A stretch of DNA of 64,000 nt from Anaerolineae bacterium (lineage in GTDB: Bacteria > Chloroflexota > Anaerolineae > Aggregatilineales > J027): contig WBUL01000005.1 in assembly GCA_008933735.1 (NCBI GenBank), positions 183,754 to 247,753 of the forward strand. Reading direction: 5' to 3'. Within the stretch, counting starts at the first letter, position 1, and every line of letters starts with the position of its first letter. Below the pieces are notes generated by a model, which had not been told where the DNA came from, did not search any database, and saw only the letters and a program-made list of their open reading frames with translations. The translations under genes and the position numbers were made by a program. Shown in pieces: positions 55,807 through 64,000 of this stretch.

Positions 55807-56644
55807 ACGATTGTTAATTTCGCTGGCTCACCCTGATGATGAGTCATTTGGCCTGGGTGGTTTGATCGGCAAGTATGTCGCGCAGGGTATTGAGGTGGAT
55901 TACATCTGCGGCACAAAAGGCGACCGTGGAACCATTGCTGATGAACATCTGCAAAAATATGGGTCGGTCGAAGCCGTGCGCGATGCAGAGTTAAACTGCG
56001 CGTCGAAAGTGCTTGGTTTTCGGCAGGTCTATAAACTCGGTTATTCCGACAGCGGTATGAGGGGCAGCCCGTTTAATGATGACCCCCACTGCCTCATTCA
56101 GGCCGATGAACAGGCCGTGACAGGACAAATCGTCGGGATCATGCGCGAGACACAACCCCAGGTCGTGATTACGTTTGATCCTTTTGGCGGGTATGGACAC
56201 CCTGACCATATTTATATGCACCACGCGACGACACGAGCCTTCCACGTGGCTTCTGACCCGGCACAGTATCCCGAATTTCCAGGTGTGTATCAGCCCCAGA
56301 AGCTTTATTACATGGTGCTGTCGCGCCGCCAGCTACGGTTTTTTATCCTGCTCATGCGGCTTCGTGGTGTGGATCCACGCAAAGCAGGCGTTAATCAGGA
56401 TTTAGACTACGTAGAAATTCTCGACAATACGCTTCTCCCAACCACCAAAATTGATGTCCACGCCTACAGCGATCTGTGGCAGGCCGCTTCGTTGTGCCAT
56501 GCCAGCCAGGTCAATCCCCGCACCGGGATACCGCGTTTTTTGCGTCGTATCGTGACCCGTCGGCAGTCGTTGTACCGTGCATTTCCGGCGGTTTTTAACG
56601 GTGCAAAATTAGAACGCGATATTTTTGAGGGTGTGCGTTTTTAA
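55787..56644 (+). CDS. PIG-L/LmbE family deacetylase
   Basis: LAHPDDESFGLGG zinc-binding motif and a later HPDH. Confidence 0.8.
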   Translation: MRQMSGKRLLISLAHPDDESFGLGGLIGKYVAQGIEVDYICGTKGDRGTIADEHLQKYGSVEAVRDAELNCASKVLGFRQVYKLGYSDSGMRGSPFNDDPHCLIQADEQAVTGQIVGIMRETQPQVVITFDPFGGYGHPDHIYMHHATTRAFHVASDPAQYPEFPGVYQPQKLYYMVLSRRQLRFFILLMRLRGVDPRKAGVNQDLDYVEILDNTLLPTTKIDVHAYSDLWQAASLCHASQVNPRTGIPRFLRRIVTRRQSLYRAFPAVFNGAKLERDIFEGVRF

Positions 56645-56743
56645 TTCGTTTTGTACTGTGGCAGCTATCGCAGTGTGAAGGCGTTGTTTTGAAATACGCT
56701 GCTGGCACGGTAGAATCGACATAGTAGTAAGGAGTTATGAGAC

Positions 56744-57283
56744 ATGAAAATTGTTTCGTTCGTGTTGTTGATTCTCGCCTTTTTAGTCTCTGCTGCCAGC
56801 GCACAGGAAAAACTTGCGATTGTTTCTGCCGAAGAGTGTGGCGACGGGGTAAGCGCTACGCTGAATGTCAGCCTTTCCGAAAATGAAGTCCTGATTGTGG
56901 GCTGGGCGTATGTCAATGAGGTATACGGTGTATCCGCTAATCAGGTCGTCTTGACCGGGCTGGAATCGGGTGAACAGGAAATTGTCATCCCGCATCTTGG
57001 TGTGCCAGAAGGTCACGAAACCTTTTTTGGCGCCTTAATTCTGGATACGACGAATATGGAAATGCTGCCGGACATCCTCTCTGGTCTGGCGATGGAAGCG
57101 AACCTGGAAGAGCTTGAAGTTGATGAAGAAGACGTGATGGAACTGCTGGAGCAGGTTCCGGCAGCAGGCGAAGTACTCATGGTTGGCGACTGCTCCATTG
57201 AAGGCAAAACCCCAACGGTCAGTAATGTAGAAATTGACTTTGAAGCGCTGCTTGCCGAATTAGAAGGCTTGATGGACGAATAA
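56744..57283 (+). CDS. Secreted acidic hypothetical protein
   Basis: Signal peptide MKIVSFVLLILAFLVSAASA. The C-terminal half is Glu/Asp-rich. Confidence 0.45.
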   Translation: MKIVSFVLLILAFLVSAASAQEKLAIVSAEECGDGVSATLNVSLSENEVLIVGWAYVNEVYGVSANQVVLTGLESGEQEIVIPHLGVPEGHETFFGALILDTTNMEMLPDILSGLAMEANLEELEVDEEDVMELLEQVPAAGEVLMVGDCSIEGKTPTVSNVEIDFEALLAELEGLMDE

Positions 57284-57391
57284 TTCCCCCTGTTTTTGGA
57301 GATGAACCTGCCTGGCTCATCTCCTCCACCAATTCAATAAATTCCTGCTACATTCTCTGTATGACAAATTCCTTGTTTTGGAGATACGTTC

Positions 57392-58126
57392 ATGAAACGA
57401 AGACCTTCACGGACTACGATTATTTTGGGCGTGCTGCTGATTCTGGTGGTGGCAGTTGGGGCAGGTTTATTTGTTTACGATCAGCTTTTTGGTTTGACTG
57501 GGCCGGATGATACCCCGCCAGAAGCGCCTACCTTGCAGGCGGCAGCGGAAAGCCAGCAGGTGGTTTACCGGATCGATCCGGGGCAGTCTGAAGTACGCTA
57601 TAACACAAACGAGATTTTCTTGCGGGAGAATCGCAGCGGTAGTCCGGTAGGGGTCACTCAAGGGATCGCCGGGGATGTTTTAATTGATTTTGCCAACCCT
57701 GCCAACAGCCAGGTGGGCACGATTGTAATCAACGTTGAACAGTTTAAGTCGGACAGCGGCCTTCGTGACGGGCGTATTCGCAAAGAATTTTTGGAGTCCT
57801 CAAAATATCCCGAAGCGACCTTCGTAACCACAGAACTCATCAATTTTCCTGAAAGCCCGGTCGAAGGACAGGAATACCAGTTCCAGATTGCGGGTGATCT
57901 GACCGTCAAGGAGACAACTGCCCCTACTACCTGGGAGGTAACTGCCGTGCTGGAAGGGGACACGCTGCGGGGGTCGGCAAAAACGCAGATTCTGATGTCT
58001 ACCTATAATGTTGGGCCTATCAGTCTGGCTGGGATTCTGGAAACGGAAGATGAAGTCCGGCTGGAATTCGATTTTGTTGCGGTGCGTGTAGTCCAGGCTG
58101 AAGTATCGGAAGAAGCAGGCTCGTGA
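57392..58126 (+). CDS. YceI-like domain protein
   Basis: TM anchor. SGLRDGRIRKEFLESSKYPEATF is the conserved YceI core. Confidence 0.75.
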   Translation: MKRRPSRTTIILGVLLILVVAVGAGLFVYDQLFGLTGPDDTPPEAPTLQAAAESQQVVYRIDPGQSEVRYNTNEIFLRENRSGSPVGVTQGIAGDVLIDFANPANSQVGTIVINVEQFKSDSGLRDGRIRKEFLESSKYPEATFVTTELINFPESPVEGQEYQFQIAGDLTVKETTAPTTWEVTAVLEGDTLRGSAKTQILMSTYNVGPISLAGILETEDEVRLEFDFVAVRVVQAEVSEEAGS

Positions 58127-58599
58127 GTCTTTTCCCAACCGACAGGATTATCGTAGGTGGGTTGTGTTACGTGGTTCAGGACGGGCAGGCCCTGATGCTC
58201 AGACGTAACCGCCCGCCGCATCAGGGCCGCTGGACTGCACCTGGCGGTAAACTGGAGCACGGGGAGTCACCTCAGCAGGGGATTGTACGCGAAATGGTCG
58301 AAGAAACAGGCCTTTTGATCCCGAATCCGGTTTTGCGAGGCGTTGTGACGGTGGTTGATGTGGCGGTACCCGTTCATTGGCTCTTGTTTATCTTCCGCGC
58401 CGAAGAATTTCAAGGGAACTTGATCCAGACGGAAGAAGGTGAACTGCGCTGGATTTCCGTAGATTGTCTTGCTGAATATCCTATGCCGTACAGTGATGTG
58501 GTCTATCTGCCGCGTGTCCTTCCTGGGAACGGGTCTCTCTTCCACGCCAAATTTGTTTACGATACGCCTGATCGGTGCATTGAAGAGGTTTTCTACTGA
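58123..58599 (+). CDS. NUDIX hydrolase (MutT-like)
   Basis: Nudix box GGKLEHGESPQQGIVREMVEETGL. Confidence 0.85.
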   Translation: MSLFPTDRIIVGGLCYVVQDGQALMLRRNRPPHQGRWTAPGGKLEHGESPQQGIVREMVEETGLLIPNPVLRGVVTVVDVAVPVHWLLFIFRAEEFQGNLIQTEEGELRWISVDCLAEYPMPYSDVVYLPRVLPGNGSLFHAKFVYDTPDRCIEEVFY

Positions 58600-58672
58600 T
58601 TCTGGTTAATCAGGTACATCGCGGCAGGTTTATAATACTTACTGAAGTGCCGATTTCTGAGGAAAGTGCGCG

Positions 58673-59779
58673 ATGCGTTTAACCTGTGCGCGGATCATTT
58701 TATTTGGTTTGTTGTTTAGCATTCTGGGTTTTCTGGGTTATTTACTTGTGACCGATTTGTATAACGATTACCAGGCCAGGCAGGAACGGGAAAATTTGCA
58801 TGAGGAACATCTTGAAAAATATGGGGATGAACTCATGTCGATGTGCAAAAATGTCGATGCTGCTGTAAATGCTGATTTCCCTGTGTTCGAAAACCCGCCG
58901 CGCTTGCTGGTGTTGGAACGGAACAGCGATTACGCCCATGTCTGGCATGAAAGTCAGGCGAATTACCCGGAAAACACTGAACAGGTGGATTTAATCATCT
59001 GTGCGGACGGGAAAGGGAAGGGGCAGAAAGTCGAAATTGAACGCTGCCCTTATGAAGGAACCAGCAGTGTAGTCATCCGCTACCGGCTTGACCCGCAGGT
59101 AATCGCGCTGATCCCATCAACGGGAGAAGTCGTCGCTGCTGCGACAATCCCCGGTGGGGAGGTCGGCGGCTGTCCATTTTCGATCCCTGATAATTCTAAA
59201 AACCGTGAAGTCGTTGGGCAACTGCCGGATGCCAGCGTGCTGGTCAACTGGGTGGATGAGCAGAATCGCCAGAGCACGACGCGGCAGATTTTTGGAGATT
59301 CTATTATGGGATTGTGCGAAAATCCGCCATCTCAAACCAGTGTGAATCCCTTGAGCCTGGATGACCCGCCAAAACTGCTGCTGCTTGATATTGCCCATAA
59401 CACGGCGCACCAGTGGCAGGCCGCGCTTCCGGTTGATTGGCAGGCCGCCAGCCCCGATGAGTTGGATGCTGTCGTCTGTATCTCTCGTTTGGACAATGCC
59501 GAGGCGGAAATCACCCAGACAGGAACCTGCAATTTCACCACCTTTGGCAGCGGTGGTCAAACCATTACAGGGACACAGGAAGTGCCGCTTTACCTCCGTT
59601 CACTACATGTGGTTGTCCTTGATCCTGAAACGGGTGATGTGCTGGCAATAGACGGCATTGAGGGTTATACCTCCGGTTGCCCATTTTCTATTGGCGCGGA
59701 CGAATTTGACGGTATTTATAGCAACTGGCCTACAGTGAATACATTTCAGACCTGGTTTTCGGAAACCCTTTTGCCCTGA
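58673..59779 (+). CDS. Membrane-anchored hypothetical protein with an internally duplicated three-Cys domain (GCPFSI motif)
   Basis: TM helix, then two roughly 125 aa units. Both start (N/D)PP(R/K)LL(V/L)L, end ...GCPFSI..., and close with (N/T)W(V/F)(D/S)E. Confidence 0.5.
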   Translation: MRLTCARIILFGLLFSILGFLGYLLVTDLYNDYQARQERENLHEEHLEKYGDELMSMCKNVDAAVNADFPVFENPPRLLVLERNSDYAHVWHESQANYPENTEQVDLIICADGKGKGQKVEIERCPYEGTSSVVIRYRLDPQVIALIPSTGEVVAAATIPGGEVGGCPFSIPDNSKNREVVGQLPDASVLVNWVDEQNRQSTTRQIFGDSIMGLCENPPSQTSVNPLSLDDPPKLLLLDIAHNTAHQWQAALPVDWQAASPDELDAVVCISRLDNAEAEITQTGTCNFTTFGSGGQTITGTQEVPLYLRSLHVVVLDPETGDVLAIDGIEGYTSGCPFSIGADEFDGIYSNWPTVNTFQTWFSETLLP

Positions 59780-59806
59780 TAAGTCGTTCAACCGCTTGAC
59801 TCACCG

Positions 59807-59847
59807 GAACTTTTGTTCTAAGATGATAGAACAAAAGTTCTTTTTTT
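59807..59847 (+). terminator. Strong rho-independent terminator
   Basis: Perfect 13 bp stem GAACTTTTGTTCT / AGAACAAAAGTTC, loop AAGATGAT, then TTTTTTT. Confidence 0.85.
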
Positions 59848-59869
59848 GGACGAAAAAAGGAAGGTTTCT

Positions 59870-60223
59870 ATGACCAAGCGTGGATTTGCCCACATCGAAA
59901 TTCCTGCGAAAGATCGTGATGCGGCTGCCAAGTTTTACCATACGCTGTTTGGCTGGGAGTGCCAGCACATGGGAGAACCCTCACCATATACCACCTTCCA
60001 GACAGGAAATGTTGGTGGTGGTTTTCCGGATGTTTCTGATGATAACCCGATAGGCAGTGTGATTGTTTACATCGAAAGCACGGATCTGGAAGCGGACGGC
60101 AGCTTGATTGAACAACATGGTGGCAAACTCCTTTCCCCCGCATTCCAGGTGGGTGAATATGGTTGGATGCGTTATTTTGAAGACCCCTCTGGCAACAAAC
60201 TGGCACTCTGGAAAAACGCTTAA
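59870..60223 (+). CDS. VOC (glyoxalase/bleomycin-resistance) family protein
   Basis: FAHIEIPAKDRDAAAKFY...WMRYFEDPSGNKLALW. ATG 59870 is preceded by AAGGAAGG (the ORF opens at 59846). Confidence 0.75.
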   Translation: MTKRGFAHIEIPAKDRDAAAKFYHTLFGWECQHMGEPSPYTTFQTGNVGGGFPDVSDDNPIGSVIVYIESTDLEADGSLIEQHGGKLLSPAFQVGEYGWMRYFEDPSGNKLALWKNA

Positions 60224-60245
60224 TCCGTTCTCGTCGCTGATTGGA

Positions 60246-60272
60246 GGCGAGTCGCACGGCTCGCCTTTTTTA
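60246..60272 (+). terminator. Rho-independent terminator
   Basis: GGCGAG-tcgcacgg-CTCGCC followed by TTTTTTATT. Confidence 0.75.
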
Positions 60273-60356
60273 TTCCCCGGACGCCATTGATTGGCCTGAC
60301 TGTTGCCGTTAAAATAAACTTCACAGGCATCTTAGAAATTAACGCGGTAACGAAAA

Positions 60357-61769
60357 ATGAAGTATCACATCCAAACTCTGGGCTGTCAGATGAATGTTGC
60401 AGATTCGCAGCGCCTTGCCAGCGAACTCGAACGGTTAGGCTACCGGGCAGCGATTGAACCCGATGATGCCGAAATCCATGTCATCAATACCTGTGTGGTG
60501 CGCCAGCAGGCCGAAGACAAAGCCTGGAATCGCCTTCAGCAGCTTAAGCGCATGAAGGAAAAAGACCCCTCGCTGGTCATCGGGTTAATGGGCTGCCTGG
60601 TAGGGGTGCGCGACCCCCTGCGACTGCGAAAACAAGTGCCTTTTGTGGATGTCTTTATCCCGCCCAGCGAAGTTGAACCCATGACTGCGTTTCTGAAGGA
60701 TCGCAGTCTGGAAGCCGACATCGTGACCGAACAGGTGGCACAGCGGGCACGGTTGGAAGCAGTCATGGATGACATGTATCCGGGCTACGATACCGCGATT
60801 ATCCTGCCCGAACATGAAAAAAATCATCTGGTGTCCGGCTTTATCCCGATTGTCTATGGCTGTTCCCATGCCTGTACCTTCTGCATCATACCCTTCCGGC
60901 GGGGAATCGAGCGTTCGCGCCCGGTGGGGGACATTGTGCAGGAAGTTCGCAGCCTGGCCCGGCAGGGGGTGAAAGAAATCACGCTGCTGGGACAAATCGT
61001 GGATCGTTACGGCAAAGATATTTCCGATGGGCCGAATCTGGCACAGCTTTTGCGTGTGGTGCATGACGTGGCTGCCGAAGAGGGTGTCTATCGCATCCGT
61101 TTTCTGACCAGTCACCCGAATTATTTTACGACAGATATTATGGAGGCAGTTGCGGAACTGCCCCTGCTGATGCCCCATTTTGAGGTGCCGGTACAGGCTG
61201 GTAATGACGATGTGCTGGAAAATATGAAGCGCGGCTATACCGTGCAGGAATACCGTGACCTAGTGGCGCGAATCCGTGCGTTTGTGCCCAATGCGGCGAT
61301 TAATACAGACATCATTGTTGGTTTTCCTGGCGAAACCTCCCAGCAGTATCAGGATACCTATAATCTGTTGGAGGAACTGAAGCTGGATAAGGTGCACGTC
61401 GCAATGTACTCGCCGCGCCCTGGAACCGTTTCTGCCCGCCGCATGGAAGACGATGTCCCCAGAGAAGAAAAGAAACGCCGCCATACCGCCATCGAAGACC
61501 TGCAAAGCCGCGTTGCAGCGGAAATCAACCAGAAATTTCTCGGTGCAACGGTTGAAGTACTGGTTGAGGATAAGGTCAAGAACAAGTGGCGTGGACGCAC
61601 CCCGCAGAATAAGCTCGTCTTTTTCTCCGATGATACACAGGACTGGCGCGGCAAACTGGTAAATCTGGAGGTTATCTGGACTGGCCCCTGGAGTATGCAG
61701 GGACGCCTGCCAGGGCGAGAGGATCGACCCGAACACATGCCGGATGTCATTCCTCTCACGGCGATCTAA
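60357..61769 (+). CDS. miaB: tRNA-2-methylthio-N6-dimethylallyladenosine synthase (radical SAM methylthiotransferase)
   Basis: N-terminal MKYHIQTLGCQMN (UPF0004 cluster Cys residues), radical SAM CSHACTFCIIP and a C-terminal TRAM-like domain. Confidence 0.9.
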   Translation: MKYHIQTLGCQMNVADSQRLASELERLGYRAAIEPDDAEIHVINTCVVRQQAEDKAWNRLQQLKRMKEKDPSLVIGLMGCLVGVRDPLRLRKQVPFVDVFIPPSEVEPMTAFLKDRSLEADIVTEQVAQRARLEAVMDDMYPGYDTAIILPEHEKNHLVSGFIPIVYGCSHACTFCIIPFRRGIERSRPVGDIVQEVRSLARQGVKEITLLGQIVDRYGKDISDGPNLAQLLRVVHDVAAEEGVYRIRFLTSHPNYFTTDIMEAVAELPLLMPHFEVPVQAGNDDVLENMKRGYTVQEYRDLVARIRAFVPNAAINTDIIVGFPGETSQQYQDTYNLLEELKLDKVHVAMYSPRPGTVSARRMEDDVPREEKKRRHTAIEDLQSRVAAEINQKFLGATVEVLVEDKVKNKWRGRTPQNKLVFFSDDTQDWRGKLVNLEVIWTGPWSMQGRLPGREDRPEHMPDVIPLTAI

Positions 61770-61809
61770 AGCTCAGCCTGTGTTAAGCAAATAGAAATAT
61801 GTTAATAAT

Positions 61810-61833
61810 GCCGTAAATCCTACGGCGTTTTTT
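61810..61833 (+). terminator. Rho-independent terminator
   Basis: GCCGTA-aatcc-TACGGC followed by GTTTTTT. Confidence 0.75.
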
Positions 61834-61899
61834 GATTCAGGACGATTGTGAGGTAAATCATGTGACAAATTTCACAATCTTACTGCAAGATTCTGTACT

Positions 61900-62724
61900 A
61901 TGCTTGGCAGTGGAGTTTTGAAAGAGGCAAATAACTCAATGCGTGAACATCACCAACGGGTCATCAAACGTCTGGTGGACAAATTCTATGATGACCCGCG
62001 CTATCTCGGTTTGATTGTGGGCGGTTCAGTCGCAAAAGGCTGTGCAGCGGACGACTCTGATGTTGATATTATTCTGGTAGCCTGTGACTCCGAATACCAC
62101 AAACGCTATCAGAGTGGCGATCTGTTGTATTTTGACGATACCCTGTGTGATTATCCTGGCGGTTACGTCGATGGCAAGGTCGTGGATTTGCAGTATCTGA
62201 AAGACGTGGCCGACCATGGCAGCGAGCCAGCACGTGCGGCATTCGACGGTGCGTTCCTGGCATATTCGCATGTGGATAAATTGGCAGATATTCTCAAACA
62301 CATCCCCGTGTATCCCGAATATGACCGCGAGGCAAAATTAAAAGCCTTCTACAGCCAGGTGCTTTTGCTCAACTGGTATGTGGGCGAGGCTGAACGACGG
62401 CACGACAATTACCTGATGACTCATGCGTCGGGCGAACTGGCGCTGTTTGGAATGCGTCTGGTTCTGGCGTACAACCGCATCCTGTATCCTTATCACAAAT
62501 GGGTTGCACGTGCGGTGGAATGCGCTGAGAAAAAGCCCGAAGGTTTCCTGGAACTGATGAACACGATGCTGGAGCAGCCGTGTAAGGCGACAGCACAGGC
62601 TTTTACCGACAGTTTAACCAATTTCCGCGACTGGGGTGTTAGTCACCCACAGGCGGTCGTAAATTTCATGCAGGATCGTGAGTGGAATTGGCGCTCCGGT
62701 CAGCCTCCCTTGCAGGACTGGTAA
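61900..62724 (+). CDS. Nucleotidyltransferase-domain protein (pol-beta superfamily, DUF4037/ANT-like)
   Basis: GGSVAKGCAADDSDVDIILV (GS ... DxD). The start may be the internal Met at 61939. Confidence 0.6.
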   Translation: MLGSGVLKEANNSMREHHQRVIKRLVDKFYDDPRYLGLIVGGSVAKGCAADDSDVDIILVACDSEYHKRYQSGDLLYFDDTLCDYPGGYVDGKVVDLQYLKDVADHGSEPARAAFDGAFLAYSHVDKLADILKHIPVYPEYDREAKLKAFYSQVLLLNWYVGEAERRHDNYLMTHASGELALFGMRLVLAYNRILYPYHKWVARAVECAEKKPEGFLELMNTMLEQPCKATAQAFTDSLTNFRDWGVSHPQAVVNFMQDREWNWRSGQPPLQDW

Positions 62725-62786
62725 TTCCTTAGCCGGTTCTCACCCCCGTTTTATCTCTCCATCATTTTCCTCCTCTATACTAACAG

Positions 62787-62824
62787 GCTGAGTTCGAGGA
62801 CAATTCTCCAACTCAGCTTTTTTC
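62787..62824 (+). terminator. Rho-independent terminator
   Basis: GCTGAGTT-(15 nt loop)-AACTCAGC followed by TTTTTTCTTC. Confidence 0.7.
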
Positions 62825-62888
62825 TTCAGGGATGCACGAAACCTATCAAGCTGCGTCAATGCCTATTCAACACAATTAAGGGGATAAC

Positions 62889-64000
62889 ATGGAATTCAGT
62901 TTGTTTGCTCCATATAACGAATTTGTTGCACTCATTGGCAGTTGGAACCAATGGCAACCCATCGACATGAAAAAAGGCGATGACGGTTGGTGGCGTGTCG
63001 ATGTGCCGCTTAAGGATGGCGAGCATCAATACAAGTTTCAGGTGAAATCCAAAAGTTATTTTGCCGAAGGGAAAATCCTGAGTGTGGCTGACCCTTACTC
63101 TACACGAGTCACCCGCGACTCGGATGAAAATTCGATTATCGTGATTAAAGATGGCAAACGGGTGGTAACAACCTACCAGTGGAAACATGATCAGGTACCG
63201 CTGCCACAAAACCCTCAACTGGTTATTTATGAAATGCACATCGGGGATTTTTGCGGAGGCCCTGGTGATGTCAAAGAAGGTACACCCGGCACGTTTGAAG
63301 AAGCTGCTGCCAAGCTGGATTATCTCTCGTCGCTGGGCGTGAACGCAGTAGAACTTATGCCCATAACAGAGTATCCTGGCGACCAGTCATGGGGATATAA
63401 CCCGCGCATCTTGTTTGGTGTTGAAAACAACTACGGCACACCCGACGACCTGTGTGCCTTCGTCGATGAATGTCATGCACGCGGGATACGGGTGATTCTG
63501 GATAAGGTGTTGAACCATGCGGAAATGGAATCGCCCCTGACAAAAATCGACTATACGTACTGGTATCATCGGGAGAATCCTGATGCTCCCCACTTGCAGT
63601 GGGGGCCAAAGTATAATTTTGGCTTCCACGATGAAAAACTTAATGTCTGGCCTGCCCGCCAATATGTTCGGGATTCACTCCTGTTCTGGCTGGAACACTT
63701 TCATGTGGATGGGATTCGTTTTGATGCTACCGCTGTGATTAACAATTATGAGATTCTGGGGTGGCTGCACCACGAAGTTTTTTCATTTTTGGGCGGCATC
63801 AAACCGTTTATCACTATTGCGGAACATGTCCCGCAAGACCCCACCGTAGCGGGTTCGGATGGGCCGCTGGACGCTGCCTGGCACGAAACTTTCTCCAAAC
63901 AAATCATGGCGACCATTGTAGGACGGGAGCAGGACGGGCGGCAGCCCTACAACCTGGACGCGATTATTTCTACGCTCGACCCGCGCCACGAAGGGTTTGA
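62889..64000 (+). CDS. CBM48 (E-set) + GH13 alpha-amylase-family enzyme, 5' part (runs off window end)
   Basis: Not in the ORF track (open to the edge). My translation from ATG 62889 has no stop. MEFSLFAPYNEFVALIGSWNQWQPIDMKKGDDGWWRVDVPLKDGEHQYKFQV is the CBM48/AMPK-beta-like module. GH13 region I is RVILDKVLNH, region II DGIRFDATAV and region III ITIAEH. Confidence 0.85.
   Translation, partial: MEFSLFAPYNEFVALIGSWNQWQPIDMKKGDDGWWRVDVPLKDGEHQYKFQVKSKSYFAEGKILSVADPYSTRVTRDSDENSIIVIKDGKRVVTTYQWKHDQVPLPQNPQLVIYEMHIGDFCGGPGDVKEGTPGTFEEAAAKLDYLSSLGVNAVELMPITEYPGDQSWGYNPRILFGVENNYGTPDDLCAFVDECHARGIRVILDKVLNHAEMESPLTKIDYTYWYHRENPDAPHLQWGPKYNFGFHDEKLNVWPARQYVRDSLLFWLEHFHVDGIRFDATAVINNYEILGWLHHEVFSFLGGIKPFITIAEHVPQDPTVAGSDGPLDAAWHETFSKQIMATIVGREQDGRQPYNLDAIISTLDPRHEGF

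Noticed and set aside
62856-63239. ORF 62856..63239(-), the only listed ORF in this stretch.
   Set aside because: The plus strand from ATG 62889 reads through to the window end with clear CBM48 and GH13 motifs. The minus-strand ORF is its antisense shadow.

Overview
This is 64 kb of a moderately GC-rich bacterial chromosome. The set of secreted PD40, DUF3048 and DUF3124 proteins is reminiscent of Chloroflexota, but I cannot establish taxonomy from the sequence alone.

Left flank (1-10.5 kb): a partial PstS-like binding protein, uppP and tgt, then two paralogous MsbA-type ABC exporters. The exporters flank an opposite-strand GT-C membrane glycosyltransferase that is split by a frameshift at a G7/C7 homopolymer. 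A Zn-dependent alcohol dehydrogenase follows.

Centre (about 10.5-32.7 kb): the most interesting part. It looks like an integrated, plasmid-like, mobilizable element whose backbone is entirely on the minus strand.
- Left arm: a large serine recombinase at the left edge, RHH proteins, a type II R-M pair and an ECF-like sigma factor.
- Right arm: a GTCACA iteron field, a primase-helicase fusion, a MOBQ-like relaxase, an RHH protein, an HU-like protein, an inverted-repeat-dense 400 bp segment, and ParR-like/ParM-like partition genes.
- Between the arms: an 8 kb plus-strand ion-homeostasis cargo. It holds a KefC-like antiporter, an OmpR/HK pair, two small membrane proteins, and a CPA2 antiporter tightly coupled to a P-II-like protein, then a USP-like protein and a DUF3124 lipoprotein.

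Right flank (32.7-64 kb): ordinary chromosomal genes, including PD40 propeller proteins, SAF/CpaB-like proteins, SixA, glycoside hydrolases, an SGNH esterase, an orphan histidine kinase, GNAT, a nitrilase-family hydrolase, a C39-like peptidase, GH13 enzymes, MBL and metallophosphoesterase hydrolases, DUF3048, PIG-L, YceI, NUDIX, VOC, miaB and a nucleotidyltransferase. A partial CBM48-GH13 gene runs off the right edge.

I saw no rRNA, tRNA or CRISPR array by eye. All functional calls rest on motifs I can read in the translations. No database search was run.
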